64,000 nucleotides of DNA, from contig DASQLM010000413.1 of the NCBI GenBank assembly GCA_035630015.1, positions 47,519 to 111,518 of the forward strand, written 5' to 3'. The notes beneath the pieces were generated by a model, which saw only the letters and a program-made list of their open reading frames with translations, was not told the origin of the DNA and searched no databases. This DNA is from Thermoleophilaceae bacterium. Lineage in GTDB: Bacteria; Actinomycetota; Thermoleophilia; Solirubrobacterales; Thermoleophilaceae. Numbering within the stretch: the stretch's first letter is position 1; every line of letters begins with the position of its first letter. Positions 1 to 8,837 of this stretch are shown here, piece after piece. The position numbers were made by a program, and so were the translations under genes.

Positions 1-835
1 CGGTCCGGAACGGGTAGCCGTGCTCGGCCACCAGGCGCTGGACGAACTCGTCGCAGTTGCGCAGCAGGAAGCTCACCCGCTGGTCGGCCAGCTCGTCCGC
101 CAGCTGCAGGCAGTGGTGCACGTGACCGGAGCCGACGCGGTAGTTGGCCTGGACGCGGAACACCACGTTGCCCTGCTCGAGCCGCCGGCGCGCGATGACC
201 AGCTCGTCGTTGGTGTCGATGTCCAGTGACTCGCGCTCGGCGGTGGGGAACAGCATGTGGTTGGGCGTCACGATCTGGCCGCACTCGAGCAGCGCCTCCG
301 CCCGCACCAACTGGATCGACCCGGTCTCGCGGAGCACCGGGTGCTGGGCCCACTGGCGGTTGATGCGCTCCTTGAACAGGGGGCGGGCGTCGGAGAGGTC
401 CTCCTCCTCCGAGTACCAGAACCCGTGGTTCTCCCTGACCACGGAGGCCAGCGAGTCGGCGCCGCTGGCCCGGAAGGTCTCGAGCGCCTTGCCCAGCGAT
501 TCGGTGGAGCGGAACGGGGAGGTGGGCTGGAACACGCCGACGTCGCCGGTCCAGCCGAGCTCGCGCGTCAGGTGCACGGCCACCTGCGAGATGGTGGAGT
601 CGTCCTGCGCCAGCTCGGGCGGGCGCTCGTGCGTCTCGTAGCCGTGCAGTTCCGCCCAGCGCAGGATCTCCTCGCTCTCGCTGGACACCAGCAGCCGGTC
701 GGCGATTCCCGCGGCCAGGACGGCCTCCACGCTGTAGGCCAGGAGCGGGCGGCGGCCCAGGATGCGCAGGTTCTTCTGCGGCACGCCCTTGCTGCCGCCG
801 CGGGCAGGGATGATCGCAAGCAGCGGCCGGTCCAT
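1..835 (-). CDS. CMP-nonulosonate-type cytidylyltransferase (NeuA/PseF/SpsF-like) fused to a PseG/SpsG-like domain. Its 3' end runs off the window.
   Basis: Absent from the ORF track because there is no in-window stop. My reverse translation from the ATG at 835 reads MDRPLLAIIPARGGSKGVPQKNLRILGRRPLLAYSVE, which carries the IPARGGSKG-P-KN cytidylyltransferase signature. About 200 aa later it reads VVFRVQANYRVGSGHVHHCLQLADEL, a PseG/SpsG-type G-x-GH...C-L-x-LA N-terminus. The start lies 5 nt downstream of the preceding stop. Confidence 0.75.
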   Translation of the reverse strand, partial: MDRPLLAIIPARGGSKGVPQKNLRILGRRPLLAYSVEAVLAAGIADRLLVSSESEEILRWAELHGYETHERPPELAQDDSTISQVAVHLTRELGWTGDVGVFQPTSPFRSTESLGKALETFRASGADSLASVVRENHGFWYSEEEDLSDARPLFKERINRQWAQHPVLRETGSIQLVRAEALLECGQIVTPNHMLFPTAERESLDIDTNDELVIARRRLEQGNVVFRVQANYRVGSGHVHHCLQLADELADQRVSFLLRNCDEFVQRLVAEHGYPFRT

Positions 836-840
836 GGCTC

Positions 841-2463
841 TCAGTTCTCCTCGAGCGACCGGAGCAGCGCCAGCCGGTCGAACTTGCCGCTCGCGCCGAG
901 CGGGAGCTGGTCGAGCAGCTCGAATCGCCGCGGGACCATGTGGGCGGGCAGGCGTCCCTCGAGCTCCGCCTTCACGGCGGGCACGTCCACGCCCCGGTCG
1001 CCCACGAACGCGACGATGCCGTCCGCGCCGGTCAGCGTCCGGGGCCACGCCACGGCGATCACGGCGTCCACGCCGGTGGCCTCGCGCACCGCGGCCTCCA
1101 CCTCGCCAAGCTCGACCCGGACCCCGCGGACCTTGACCTGTGAGTCGGTGCGGCCGAGATAGGCCATCGGGACGCCGGCCGAGCTCGGCCTGCGCACGCG
1201 ATCGCCGGTGCGGTAGTGGACCTCCTCGGAACCGGGGGGAACCACGAAGGCCGTGGCCGTCTGTTCCGGGTCGCGCCAGTAGCCCAGCGTGACCTGCGGT
1301 CCCGCCACGATCAGCTCGCCGATGGCGCCAGGCTCCACCTCGCGCAGCTCGTCGTCCACGACCAGCGGGCGGTTCTGGGCCAGGGGGCCGCCAATGGGCA
1401 CCACGCCCGCCTCGGCAGTGTCACCGGGCTGCCACCGGTGTCCCATGCACAGGATCGTGAGCTCGGTGGGGCCGTAGAGGTTCTCGACGGCGCTCGCGGG
1501 CGCGGCCTCCAGCCACGCCTCGGCCACCGCCACCGGCAGTGGCTCGCCCGCGAAGAGGCTGTAGCGGAGGGTCGGATAGCTGTCGGGCTTGAGCATTCCC
1601 AGCCGCTTCATGAAGACCGCGGTCGAAGGCACCGAGAACCAGATCGTGATGCCCTCCCGGCGGATGAAGCCGCCGGGCTTGATCAGCTCCTTGGTGGAGG
1701 GACAGCAGAGGCACGCGCCGACCTGCCAGGTCACGAACATGTCCCAGACCGAGACGTCGAAGGTCAGCTCGTGCGTTTGGGAGATGCGGTCGTCCTCGGT
1801 CAGGGCGTAGCGCTCGACCTGGTCGTCGATCAGCGGCGGCACGTTCCGGTGGGCCACCGTCACGCCCTTGGGGATCCCGGTGCTGCCCGAGGTGAACAGC
1901 ACGTACGCGGGCTCGTTCTCGTCCACCTGCCGCTCGTCCCAGGCCGCTGCGTCCTCCAGGTCGGCGAGGGTCACGACATCGTGGCCGTCGACCGGTGCGG
2001 GGGCGGCGTCGTCCGGTGCCAGCACGAGGAAGCCGGGGTCGAGTCCCTCGAGCACCTCCTCCACCTGGTCGAGGGACCCGGGGTCGACCACGATCATGCG
2101 CGCACCCGAGCGCTCGAGCATCAGCCGGTTGCGGGCGGCGGGAAGGGTCGGGTTCAGCGGTACGTAGGCACGCCCCGACATCAGCACGCCGAGCACGCCG
2201 GCGAAGGCGGTGACGGCGCGGTGCGAGTAGATCGCGACCAGCGGCGGCACACCGTCGGGCACGCGGGCGTCCAGGGTCGCGGCGATGGCCGCCGAGCGCG
2301 CGTGCAGCTCCGCGTAGCTCAGCGTCTGGCCGCCGACCGCCAGGGCGGGGCGGTCCGGCACCCTGGCGGCGGAGCGCAGGAAGCCCGAGTGCAGCCCGGG
2401 CCCGGCCCGGCGGGTGTCCGACGCGCCGGCGGGCTGCCGGCCCGCGGTGGACTGCTCGCTCAT
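841..2463 (-). CDS. AMP-forming adenylating enzyme (DltA / amino-acid adenylation domain-like)
   Basis: ORF 841..2487. Adenylation core motifs are present: LFTSGSTGIPKGV, YGPTE, YRTGD, GRTDSQVKVRGVRVELGEVE and a terminal GKFDR. I prefer the ATG at 2463 (MSEQSTAG) because it forms an ATGA overlap with the upstream stop. Confidence 0.8.
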   Translation of the reverse strand: MSEQSTAGRQPAGASDTRRAGPGLHSGFLRSAARVPDRPALAVGGQTLSYAELHARSAAIAATLDARVPDGVPPLVAIYSHRAVTAFAGVLGVLMSGRAYVPLNPTLPAARNRLMLERSGARMIVVDPGSLDQVEEVLEGLDPGFLVLAPDDAAPAPVDGHDVVTLADLEDAAAWDERQVDENEPAYVLFTSGSTGIPKGVTVAHRNVPPLIDDQVERYALTEDDRISQTHELTFDVSVWDMFVTWQVGACLCCPSTKELIKPGGFIRREGITIWFSVPSTAVFMKRLGMLKPDSYPTLRYSLFAGEPLPVAVAEAWLEAAPASAVENLYGPTELTILCMGHRWQPGDTAEAGVVPIGGPLAQNRPLVVDDELREVEPGAIGELIVAGPQVTLGYWRDPEQTATAFVVPPGSEEVHYRTGDRVRRPSSAGVPMAYLGRTDSQVKVRGVRVELGEVEAAVREATGVDAVIAVAWPRTLTGADGIVAFVGDRGVDVPAVKAELEGRLPAHMVPRRFELLDQLPLGASGKFDRLALLRSLEEN

Positions 2464-3527
2464 GCGCGCGGCTCCAGGTCGTCCCACGTCAGGATCGTGC
2501 CGCGCGCGGCATCGGCGCGCAGCGTCGCGCCCACCACGGCGTCGGTTTCGTAGGGCGCGATGCCGGTGCCCGGGCGCTTGAAGCCGAGGTCGGCCGTGTC
2601 GAGCGGGACTCCCTTGGCCACGTCGCGCTCGAGCACGATCGAGCGCCGCGCGTTGTCGCGCGCGGGCTGCTCGGAGGCACGGACGCCGATCGACGCCTCG
2701 CCACGCAGGAGGGCCGCACGGTCACACGCGGCGACCATCTGCGCCAGCTCGTCCGGGTCCACGCTCATGGCGTGATCGGGCACGTCGGGAAGACGCTTGT
2801 CGATCGTGTAGTGCTTCTCGATGCAGGTGCCGCCCAGCGCGGCGGTCATCCAGGCGCCCTCCGGCCCCAGCGTGTGGTCGGACATGCCGACGAGGTAGGG
2901 CGCGAACTCGCGCCGGAACGTGGTGATGCGGTCGAAGTGCGCGTCCTCGTCCGGCGTGGGGTAGGTCAGGGTGCAGGCCAGCAAGACGAGCTTGTCCGGG
3001 CCCAGGCCCATCCAGTCGACCGCGCGGGTGACCTCGTCCGCCGTGGCCGCGCCGGTGGAGAGCAGGATCGGCTTGCCGGTCGCGGCGACGGCCTCGAGCA
3101 GCACCCGGTGGGTGATGTCGGCGCTGGCGATCTTGTAGAGGGGGCAGTCCATGCCCTCCAGCGCGTCCACCGCAGGCAGGTCGAACGGCGTGGCGAAGAA
3201 CACGATCCCCAGGTCGCGGCACGCCGCCGCGATCTCCGCATAGTCGGGGTAGTTGAGCTTGTCGGACAGACGGAACGCCTCGTGCTGGGACGAGGTCCCG
3301 AACGGGTCGTTCCAGTACTTGGGCGACGCCGGCACGCTGATCGTGTCGGCCTTGTAGAGCTGGAACTTGATCGCCCACGCGCCGGCCTCCGCCGCCCGCC
3401 GGGACATCTCGATGGCGCGTTCCACCGAGTTGTTGTGGTTCGCGCCGGCCTCGGCTATGACCCGGCACGCGCCCTCCTCCAGCGGCGCCGCGCCCGGGAC
3501 CTCCACACGTGTCCCCGGAGCGCTCAT
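2460..3527 (-). CDS. neuB: N-acylneuraminate / pseudaminate / legionaminate synthase family (NeuB-like) with a C-terminal SAF domain
   Basis: 355 aa containing IAEAGANHNNS, IKFQLYKADT and YKIASADITH, with a C-terminal GFKRPGTGI segment. ATGA overlap with the upstream gene. Substrate specificity (Neu, Pse or Leg) cannot be read from the sequence. Confidence 0.88.
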   Translation of the reverse strand: MSAPGTRVEVPGAAPLEEGACRVIAEAGANHNNSVERAIEMSRRAAEAGAWAIKFQLYKADTISVPASPKYWNDPFGTSSQHEAFRLSDKLNYPDYAEIAAACRDLGIVFFATPFDLPAVDALEGMDCPLYKIASADITHRVLLEAVAATGKPILLSTGAATADEVTRAVDWMGLGPDKLVLLACTLTYPTPDEDAHFDRITTFRREFAPYLVGMSDHTLGPEGAWMTAALGGTCIEKHYTIDKRLPDVPDHAMSVDPDELAQMVAACDRAALLRGEASIGVRASEQPARDNARRSIVLERDVAKGVPLDTADLGFKRPGTGIAPYETDAVVGATLRADAARGTILTWDDLEPRA

Positions 3528-4804
3528 GACCTGCTCAGGGCCCGGACGCGGGAGCCGTACTCCTCGAGCACGTCGAACGGGGCCTCACGGGAGCCGTAGA
3601 CCATCTGGCGCATCAACTCGGCGTAGGCCTCCTCGGGCACCTCGTGGGGCCGCCCCGACGCGTGCGCGCGGAGGTAGTCCACGGCCTCGTCGGCCGACTG
3701 GACCGTGACGGATGCTCCTTCGATGGTGTCGAACACCGTCTTGATCTCGTGGATGTACGCCGGGTTGACCAGCACCTTGCCCTGCATCACCACCTCGAGC
3801 CCGATGGACGAGCCCACGTCGATCACGACGTCACAGGCGTCGATCAGCGAGACCGAGCTCTGGCCGGTCACGTCGTGCACGCGGTCCAGGTCGAAGCCCG
3901 GCTCCTCGAGCAGGGGACCGAAGCTCTTGCGCCCGTGGCGCGGGTGTCCCATCAGCGCCAGGGAGATGCCGTCGAGCTCCTGCAGGCGCAGCACCAGATC
4001 GACCGCCTCCTCGACGCGGGTCCGGTTCTGCCACTTGGGGATCATGAACACGACCTTGACCCGGTCCGTGTCCTCGGGCCACTCGAACCGGGGGGCCAGC
4101 CTGCGGTTCACGTCGAACCACTCGGGCGACCAGCGCAGCGAGCCCCACGTCTGCATCACCGCCGGGTCGCCTCCGGCGTGGTTAAGGAACCACTGCCGGT
4201 GGAACTCGGTGTTGAAGACGAAGGCGTCGAACCGGTTCCGGTCCTTCATCTCCAGCGAGCCGCTCTCGAACATCTCGAGCAGCTGGGTGTTGGTGGCGTT
4301 GTCGAACTTGATGTTCAGGCCGTGTGGGAGGCACACGGTCGGCACGCCAAGCACGCGGGCCGACACGATGAAGTTGCTGCGCACCTGCTGCGGGTCGCTG
4401 CGGGCCTTGAGCAGGGACCGCCCGAAGCTCCTGAGCAGGGCGACCGCGCCGGCCGGGGAGCGCAGCCGGTCGTAACCCGCCGGCAGCCCGTAGCCCCATT
4501 CCACGGCCACCACCCGGGCGCCCGACCTCCGCAACAGCGCGAGCGCGTAGGGCAGGGTGGAGCGCAGGTACGCGCGCGCCGCCCGCAGCCACCGCGGTCC
4601 GGCGGGACGGTCGATCCGGTGGATGTGGAAGCGCTCGAAGCCCCGGAGGAGCTCGAGCCGGTGGTCGGCCTCCGGCTCATAGCCCGGCGAGATCACGGCG
4701 TGCACCTCGTCGCCCTCCTTGAGCAGCTTCCACGCAAGCGGCGCCATGTGATCGACGTCGGGCGATGCGCGGAACACGAACAGGAAGGTGCCGCGACCGT
4801 CCAT
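3524..4804 (-). CDS. Putative GT-B glycosyltransferase with an HP motif (KpsS/KpsC capsule-synthesis-like or sialyltransferase-like). Candidate Kdo or nonulosonate transferase.
   Basis: ORF 3524..5017. I start it at the ATG at 4804 (MDGRGTFLFVF), 5 nt after the upstream stop. LALMGHPRH followed by VVIDVGSSIGLEVVMQGKVLVNPAYIH resembles the K-x-HP ... S-x-x-G-x-E-A ... G-x-x-V motifs of capsule Kdo and sialyl transferases. The functional call is by eye only. Confidence 0.45.
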   Translation of the reverse strand: MDGRGTFLFVFRASPDVDHMAPLAWKLLKEGDEVHAVISPGYEPEADHRLELLRGFERFHIHRIDRPAGPRWLRAARAYLRSTLPYALALLRRSGARVVAVEWGYGLPAGYDRLRSPAGAVALLRSFGRSLLKARSDPQQVRSNFIVSARVLGVPTVCLPHGLNIKFDNATNTQLLEMFESGSLEMKDRNRFDAFVFNTEFHRQWFLNHAGGDPAVMQTWGSLRWSPEWFDVNRRLAPRFEWPEDTDRVKVVFMIPKWQNRTRVEEAVDLVLRLQELDGISLALMGHPRHGRKSFGPLLEEPGFDLDRVHDVTGQSSVSLIDACDVVIDVGSSIGLEVVMQGKVLVNPAYIHEIKTVFDTIEGASVTVQSADEAVDYLRAHASGRPHEVPEEAYAELMRQMVYGSREAPFDVLEEYGSRVRALSRS

Positions 4805-4809
4805 GTTGC

Positions 4810-5478
4810 TCAGCTCGCCGCCCGAGCCGACTCGTACTCCTCGCGGTACTCGTGCCACAGGTCGGCGTGGTCGGCGTCCTCGCAACCCTCCAGCCAGGGC
4901 CCGCCGGAGGTGTAGTGCAGCAGCTTGGTCGGCCCGGTCATGTGGTCCAGCACGTTCCACTCCTCGGACAGGTCGCCGACCTTCTCGTCGGGGATCGGCT
5001 CGAACCGGTGCAGCCACGCGCCGCTCTCGGTCTCCACGGCCTCCTTGGACCAGACGCCGAGCTCCGCGCAGTTCATGAGCATCAGGCTGGACCAGTTCTT
5101 GCGCGGGTACTGGGTCTGGGTCTTGCCGCCCATCTTGACCGTCTCGGTGGGGTTGTACTCGTGCTGGCGCACCCTCAGCGCCAGCCCGTCCATGTCCTCG
5201 TGGAAGAGCTCGCTGATGTCACCGAGCGCGAGCATGTCGGAGTCCATGAACAGCGCGGTGCCCTGGTAGTCCTCGAGCCACGGCACCAGGAACCGGGTGT
5301 AGGTGAACGGGGTCGAGGCCAGCGGGTCGGTGCCACGGCTGAAGTCGATCTGCTCGGCGTCGATGGGGCGCACCAGGACGGGCTCGCTGGCGTGCTTCTC
5401 GAGCGAGTACTTCAGTACCTCGAAGGAGATGTGCTGCGAGGGGTCGTAGCCGATCCATACGTGGTGTGGCTCGGACAT
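4810..5478 (-). CDS. Small GT8-like (DxD) glycosyltransferase
   Basis: 222 aa. YTRFLVPWL ... ALFMDSDMLALGDISELF carries a DxD motif, and the later LHYTSGGPW fits the GT-A/GT8 pattern. Confidence 0.65.
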   Translation of the reverse strand: MSEPHHVWIGYDPSQHISFEVLKYSLEKHASEPVLVRPIDAEQIDFSRGTDPLASTPFTYTRFLVPWLEDYQGTALFMDSDMLALGDISELFHEDMDGLALRVRQHEYNPTETVKMGGKTQTQYPRKNWSSLMLMNCAELGVWSKEAVETESGAWLHRFEPIPDEKVGDLSEEWNVLDHMTGPTKLLHYTSGGPWLEGCEDADHADLWHEYREEYESARAAS

Positions 5479-5480
5479 GG

Positions 5481-6263
5481 CTAACTGCCTCCTTGGGTTG
5501 TGGGCGAAGGGGTCCGCAAGATCGCCAGGCGACTTCCGGTCAGGCGCTGGACGTCGTGCCCTTCGCGCCGGAGCTGCAGGAGCGCCTTGGGCACGCCCGC
5601 GTGCACGAGATGGCAGTCGTCCCAGATGATCGTGCCGCCGGGGCGGATCAGGCGGAGTGCCGTCCGCGAGTCACACAGCGCGTACTCGAACGTGTGCGCG
5701 CCGTCCACGAACACGAGGTCGCACTGGCCGGCAAAGGGGGAGAAGTCGAAGGCGGCGCTGTCGCCCAGGTGCTGGGTGATCGACTCCTCGTAGGAGGTCC
5801 CGCGCCAGGCCTCGCCGACCAGGCCGCCCTCGATCGGGTGATCGCCCTCCTCGGTCCCGAGCGACGCCGCCTCCTGCGTCCCGAGGTCGAGCGTGTCCAC
5901 CTGCGCGTACGGCGCCTGCCGCAGCATCGCCAGGGTGCCGCGGCCGGTGCCCGTCCCGATCTCGAAGATCCGCTTGGGCGCCACCGCGGCCGTCACGAGC
6001 GAGAGCACGTACGCGTCGCCGTACGGCAGTCCCCGCGGCTCGTAGTCGTGCTGCATCGTGATCGACAGCTCGTCGACCGCGGGGAACAGGTCCTTCGGCG
6101 CCACCACGGGCACGTGCCTGAGCCAGCGGCCGGCGGCGGTGGCCCGGCTGACCACCCACGCCTGGCGGCGCAGCGCCTCGGGCACGGGCGCGGCCAGCGT
6201 CTTGCGCAGCGAGCTCACTGCGCGCCCACCCTCGATCCGGGCACCGAGCTGATGATCAGACAT
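5481..6263 (-). CDS. Class I SAM-dependent methyltransferase (O-methyltransferase family 3 / Methyltransf_24-like)
   Basis: Distal part of ORF 5481..6977. RIFEIGTGTGRGTL is motif I, and DLVFVDGAHTFEYAL and LIRPGGTIIWDD follow. The ATG at 6263 (MSDHQLG) overlaps the end of kdsA. An alternative GTG at 6218 would form a GTGA overlap with the kdsA stop. Confidence 0.75.
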   Translation of the reverse strand: MSDHQLGARIEGGRAVSSLRKTLAAPVPEALRRQAWVVSRATAAGRWLRHVPVVAPKDLFPAVDELSITMQHDYEPRGLPYGDAYVLSLVTAAVAPKRIFEIGTGTGRGTLAMLRQAPYAQVDTLDLGTQEAASLGTEEGDHPIEGGLVGEAWRGTSYEESITQHLGDSAAFDFSPFAGQCDLVFVDGAHTFEYALCDSRTALRLIRPGGTIIWDDCHLVHAGVPKALLQLRREGHDVQRLTGSRLAILRTPSPTTQGGS

Positions 6264-7075
6264 TCCTCGAGCAGGGGCGCCACGTCGGGCAGCGCCAGCA
6301 TGTTGGGGCCGTCGCTGGGGGCGTTGTCGGGGTCGGGGTGGCACTCGATGAACAGCGCGTCGACACCGAAGGCCACGGCCGCGCGGGCCAGCGGGGCCAC
6401 GTAGCGGCGCTTGCCGGTGGTGGTCCCGCCGCCACCACCGGGCGACTGGACGCTGTGGGTGGCGTCGAAGACCACGGGCGCGAAGGCGCGCATGACCTCC
6501 AGGCTGCGGTAGTCCACGACCAGGTCGTGGTAGCCGAACGTGGTGCCGCGCTCGGTCAGCATCACGTGGCTGCCGCCGGCGTCCCAGACCTTCTGCACGG
6601 CGTGCCCCATGTCGTCGGGGGCCATGAACTGGCCCTTCTTGATGTTCACCGAGCGGCCCGACGCGCCCGCGGCCACCAGCAGGTCGGTCTGGCGGCACAG
6701 GAACGACGGGATCTGCAGCACGTCGACCACCTCGGCCACCTCCGGCACCTGGGCCGGGTCGTGCACGTCGGTGGTCACCCGCACGCCGAACTCGGACTTC
6801 ACGTCGGCCAGGATCTGCAGGCTCTTGTCGAAGCCGATCGAGCGGAACGAGGAGATCGAGGTCCGGTTGGCCTTGTCGAAGCTGGCCTTGAAGATCAGGT
6901 CCAGGCCCAGCGTCGCTGAGGTCTCGACCAGGTTGCCCGCCACCTCGAACACCAGGTCGCGGCTCTCGATCACGCACGGCCCCGCGATCAGGGCGAACCC
7001 GCCCAGCCCGACGTCGATCCCGGGCGTGAACTCCGTCGCGCGCGGTCCGTCGTTGTCCGCGGGGGGCGGGGGCAT
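6215..7075 (-). CDS. kdsA: 3-deoxy-8-phosphooctulonate (Kdo-8-P) synthase
   Basis: C-terminal 287 aa of composite ORF 6215..8128, taken from the in-frame ATG at 7075. Contains FALIAGPCVIES, FKASFDKANRTS, LQIPSFLCRQTDLL, NIKKGQF and DATHSVQSPGG. Confidence 0.9.
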   Translation of the reverse strand: MPPPPADNDGPRATEFTPGIDVGLGGFALIAGPCVIESRDLVFEVAGNLVETSATLGLDLIFKASFDKANRTSISSFRSIGFDKSLQILADVKSEFGVRVTTDVHDPAQVPEVAEVVDVLQIPSFLCRQTDLLVAAGASGRSVNIKKGQFMAPDDMGHAVQKVWDAGGSHVMLTERGTTFGYHDLVVDYRSLEVMRAFAPVVFDATHSVQSPGGGGGTTTGKRRYVAPLARAAVAFGVDALFIECHPDPDNAPSDGPNMLALPDVAPLLEECLIISSVPGSRVGAQ

Positions 7076-7092
7076 GCGGGGGCTGTCCTCGC

Positions 7093-8094
7093 TCAAGCCG
7101 GGAGGTGGGCCTGCACCGCGTCGTGCAGGCGCAGCAGGCCGACGCAGACGTCTCCGTCCACGACGGGCGCGGTCAGGAACGCCTTCTTGCGCTGCTCGAG
7201 CAGCACCAGGGCCTGCGACAACGGCAGCTCGCGCGAGACCGTCAGCGGGTTCGGGGACATCAGGTCGTCCACCATCGAGCCGCGCAGGTCGTCGGTCTCC
7301 AGCAGCTGGCGCCGGATGTCGCCGTCGGTCACGAATCCGGCCAGGCGGCCGTCGGTGTGCAGTACGCAGACGGCGCCGTAGCCCGTCCGGCTGATCTCGA
7401 TGATGGCGTCCTTGAGGGCGGCCCCGGCGACCACGCTGGGCAGGTCGGACCCGCTGCGCATGACGTCGTTGACCGTCAGGCTCAGGCGTGCTCCCAGCGC
7501 GCCGGCGGGGTGCAGGCGGGCGAAGTCGTCGCGGTCGAAGCCCCGGCCCTGCATCACGGCCGCGGCCAGGGCGTCGCCCATGGCCTGCGCGGCGATCACG
7601 CTGGCCATCGGGGCCGAGTCCAGCGGGCAGCCCTCGATCTCGACGGACGCGTCGAGCGTCAGGTCGCAGTCGCGGCCCAGGGGCGAGTCGGGGGCGCCCA
7701 CGATGGCGATCAGCCGCAACCCGCGGGCGCGCAGGTGGGGAAGGATCTGGGTCAGCTCGCGCGTGGTCCCGCTCTTGGAGAACAGGATTCCCACGTCGGC
7801 GGGGCCGACGAAGCCGATGTCGCCGTGCAGCGCGTCCAGGGAGCTCAGGTAGGAGGCCGGGACGCCGATCGAGCGCAGCGTGCCCGCGACCTTCTCGGCG
7901 GCGTGCCCGGACTTGCCGACGCCCAGCGTCACGACCTTGCCCTCGCCGATGCCGGTCAGCATCTCGGCCGCGCGGTCGAAGCTCTCGTCCAGCGCGGCTC
8001 CGAGGCGCTCCAGCGCGGCCGCCGATGCGGCGACGGACCTGATGGCCGCCTCTCGTGAAACCCGCCCGGTTTCCGTGTCCTCTGTAGCTGTCAT
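7093..8094 (-). CDS. kdsD: Arabinose-5-phosphate isomerase (SIS domain plus tandem CBS, KdsD/KpsF type)
   Basis: ORF 7093..8211, started at the ATG at 8094 (MTATEDT), which forms an ATGA overlap with the kdsB stop. SIS motif VTLGVGKSGH, then GSDLPSV ... CBS-like repeats at the C-terminus. Confidence 0.88.
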   Translation of the reverse strand: MTATEDTETGRVSREAAIRSVAASAAALERLGAALDESFDRAAEMLTGIGEGKVVTLGVGKSGHAAEKVAGTLRSIGVPASYLSSLDALHGDIGFVGPADVGILFSKSGTTRELTQILPHLRARGLRLIAIVGAPDSPLGRDCDLTLDASVEIEGCPLDSAPMASVIAAQAMGDALAAAVMQGRGFDRDDFARLHPAGALGARLSLTVNDVMRSGSDLPSVVAGAALKDAIIEISRTGYGAVCVLHTDGRLAGFVTDGDIRRQLLETDDLRGSMVDDLMSPNPLTVSRELPLSQALVLLEQRKKAFLTAPVVDGDVCVGLLRLHDAVQAHLPA

Positions 8095-8837
8095 AGCTGT
8101 TCTCGTTCCGCGAACGCCACCCGCACACGCTGCAGGTCCGCCGCTGTGTCGACCGAGGGCCCCTGCGCCTCGACCTCGAACCACCGCACCTCTATGCCCG
8201 CTTCGAGCCACCGTAGTTGTTCGAGTCGCTCTGCTTCCTCGAGCTGACTCGCCGATATGTCTGCGAACTCATCGAGGAACCCCCGGGAGTACGCGTAAAT
8301 CCCAGAGTGCCCCCAATGGAGGGGGCTGTCAAGCGCTCTGGGGACGGGCTCGTCGCGTATGTAGGGGATGGGGGCGCGAGAGCAGTACACGACCCGCCCG
8401 TTGCGCGCGCGAACGACCTTCACGGTGTTCGGATCGGCCACGTCCGCGGCGCGACCGAGCGGGTAGACGGCCATCGTGACCGGCGCCCCGCTGTCCTGTG
8501 CCGACCGGGCCGCCGCGGCCACCACCTCGGGGTCGGTCAGCGGCGCGTCGCCCTGCAGGTTGACCACGACGTCGGTGTCGAAGCGCTCGGCCACCGAGGC
8601 GATCCGGGCCGTGCCCGAATCCAGGTCGCCGGCCGTCATCACGGCCTCGCCCCCGAAGCCCTCGACCCGGTCCGCGATCTCGCGCGAGTCGGTCAGCACG
8701 ACCACAGGCCCCGCATCGGCCGCCACCGCCACGTCGTGGGTGCGCTGGATCAGCGGGCGCCCAGCCACGTCCAGCAGCAGCTTGCGCGGCAGCCGGCTGG
8801 ACTGCAGGCGGGCGGGGATGGCCACCACGGCGCTCAC
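8091..8837 (-). CDS. kdsB: 3-deoxy-manno-octulosonate cytidylyltransferase (CMP-Kdo synthetase)
   Basis: 248 aa containing VAIPARLQSSRLPRKLL, VVVNLQGDAPL and WGHSGIYAY. GTG start at 8837 forms a GTGA overlap with the upstream stop. Confidence 0.9.
   Translation of the reverse strand: MSAVVAIPARLQSSRLPRKLLLDVAGRPLIQRTHDVAVAADAGPVVVLTDSREIADRVEGFGGEAVMTAGDLDSGTARIASVAERFDTDVVVNLQGDAPLTDPEVVAAAARSAQDSGAPVTMAVYPLGRAADVADPNTVKVVRARNGRVVYCSRAPIPYIRDEPVPRALDSPLHWGHSGIYAYSRGFLDEFADISASQLEEAERLEQLRWLEAGIEVRWFEVEAQGPSVDTAADLQRVRVAFAEREQL

Noticed and set aside
7076-8128. Long N-terminal extensions of composite ORFs: 6215-8128, 9847-12198, 56545-59664, 5481-6977, 3524-5017 and 24198-25415
   Set aside because: The extensions are antisense or out-of-frame to well-supported neighbouring genes and are Arg/Pro-rich. 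Internal starts give family-typical N-termini and classic ATGA/GTGA coupling with the upstream stop.
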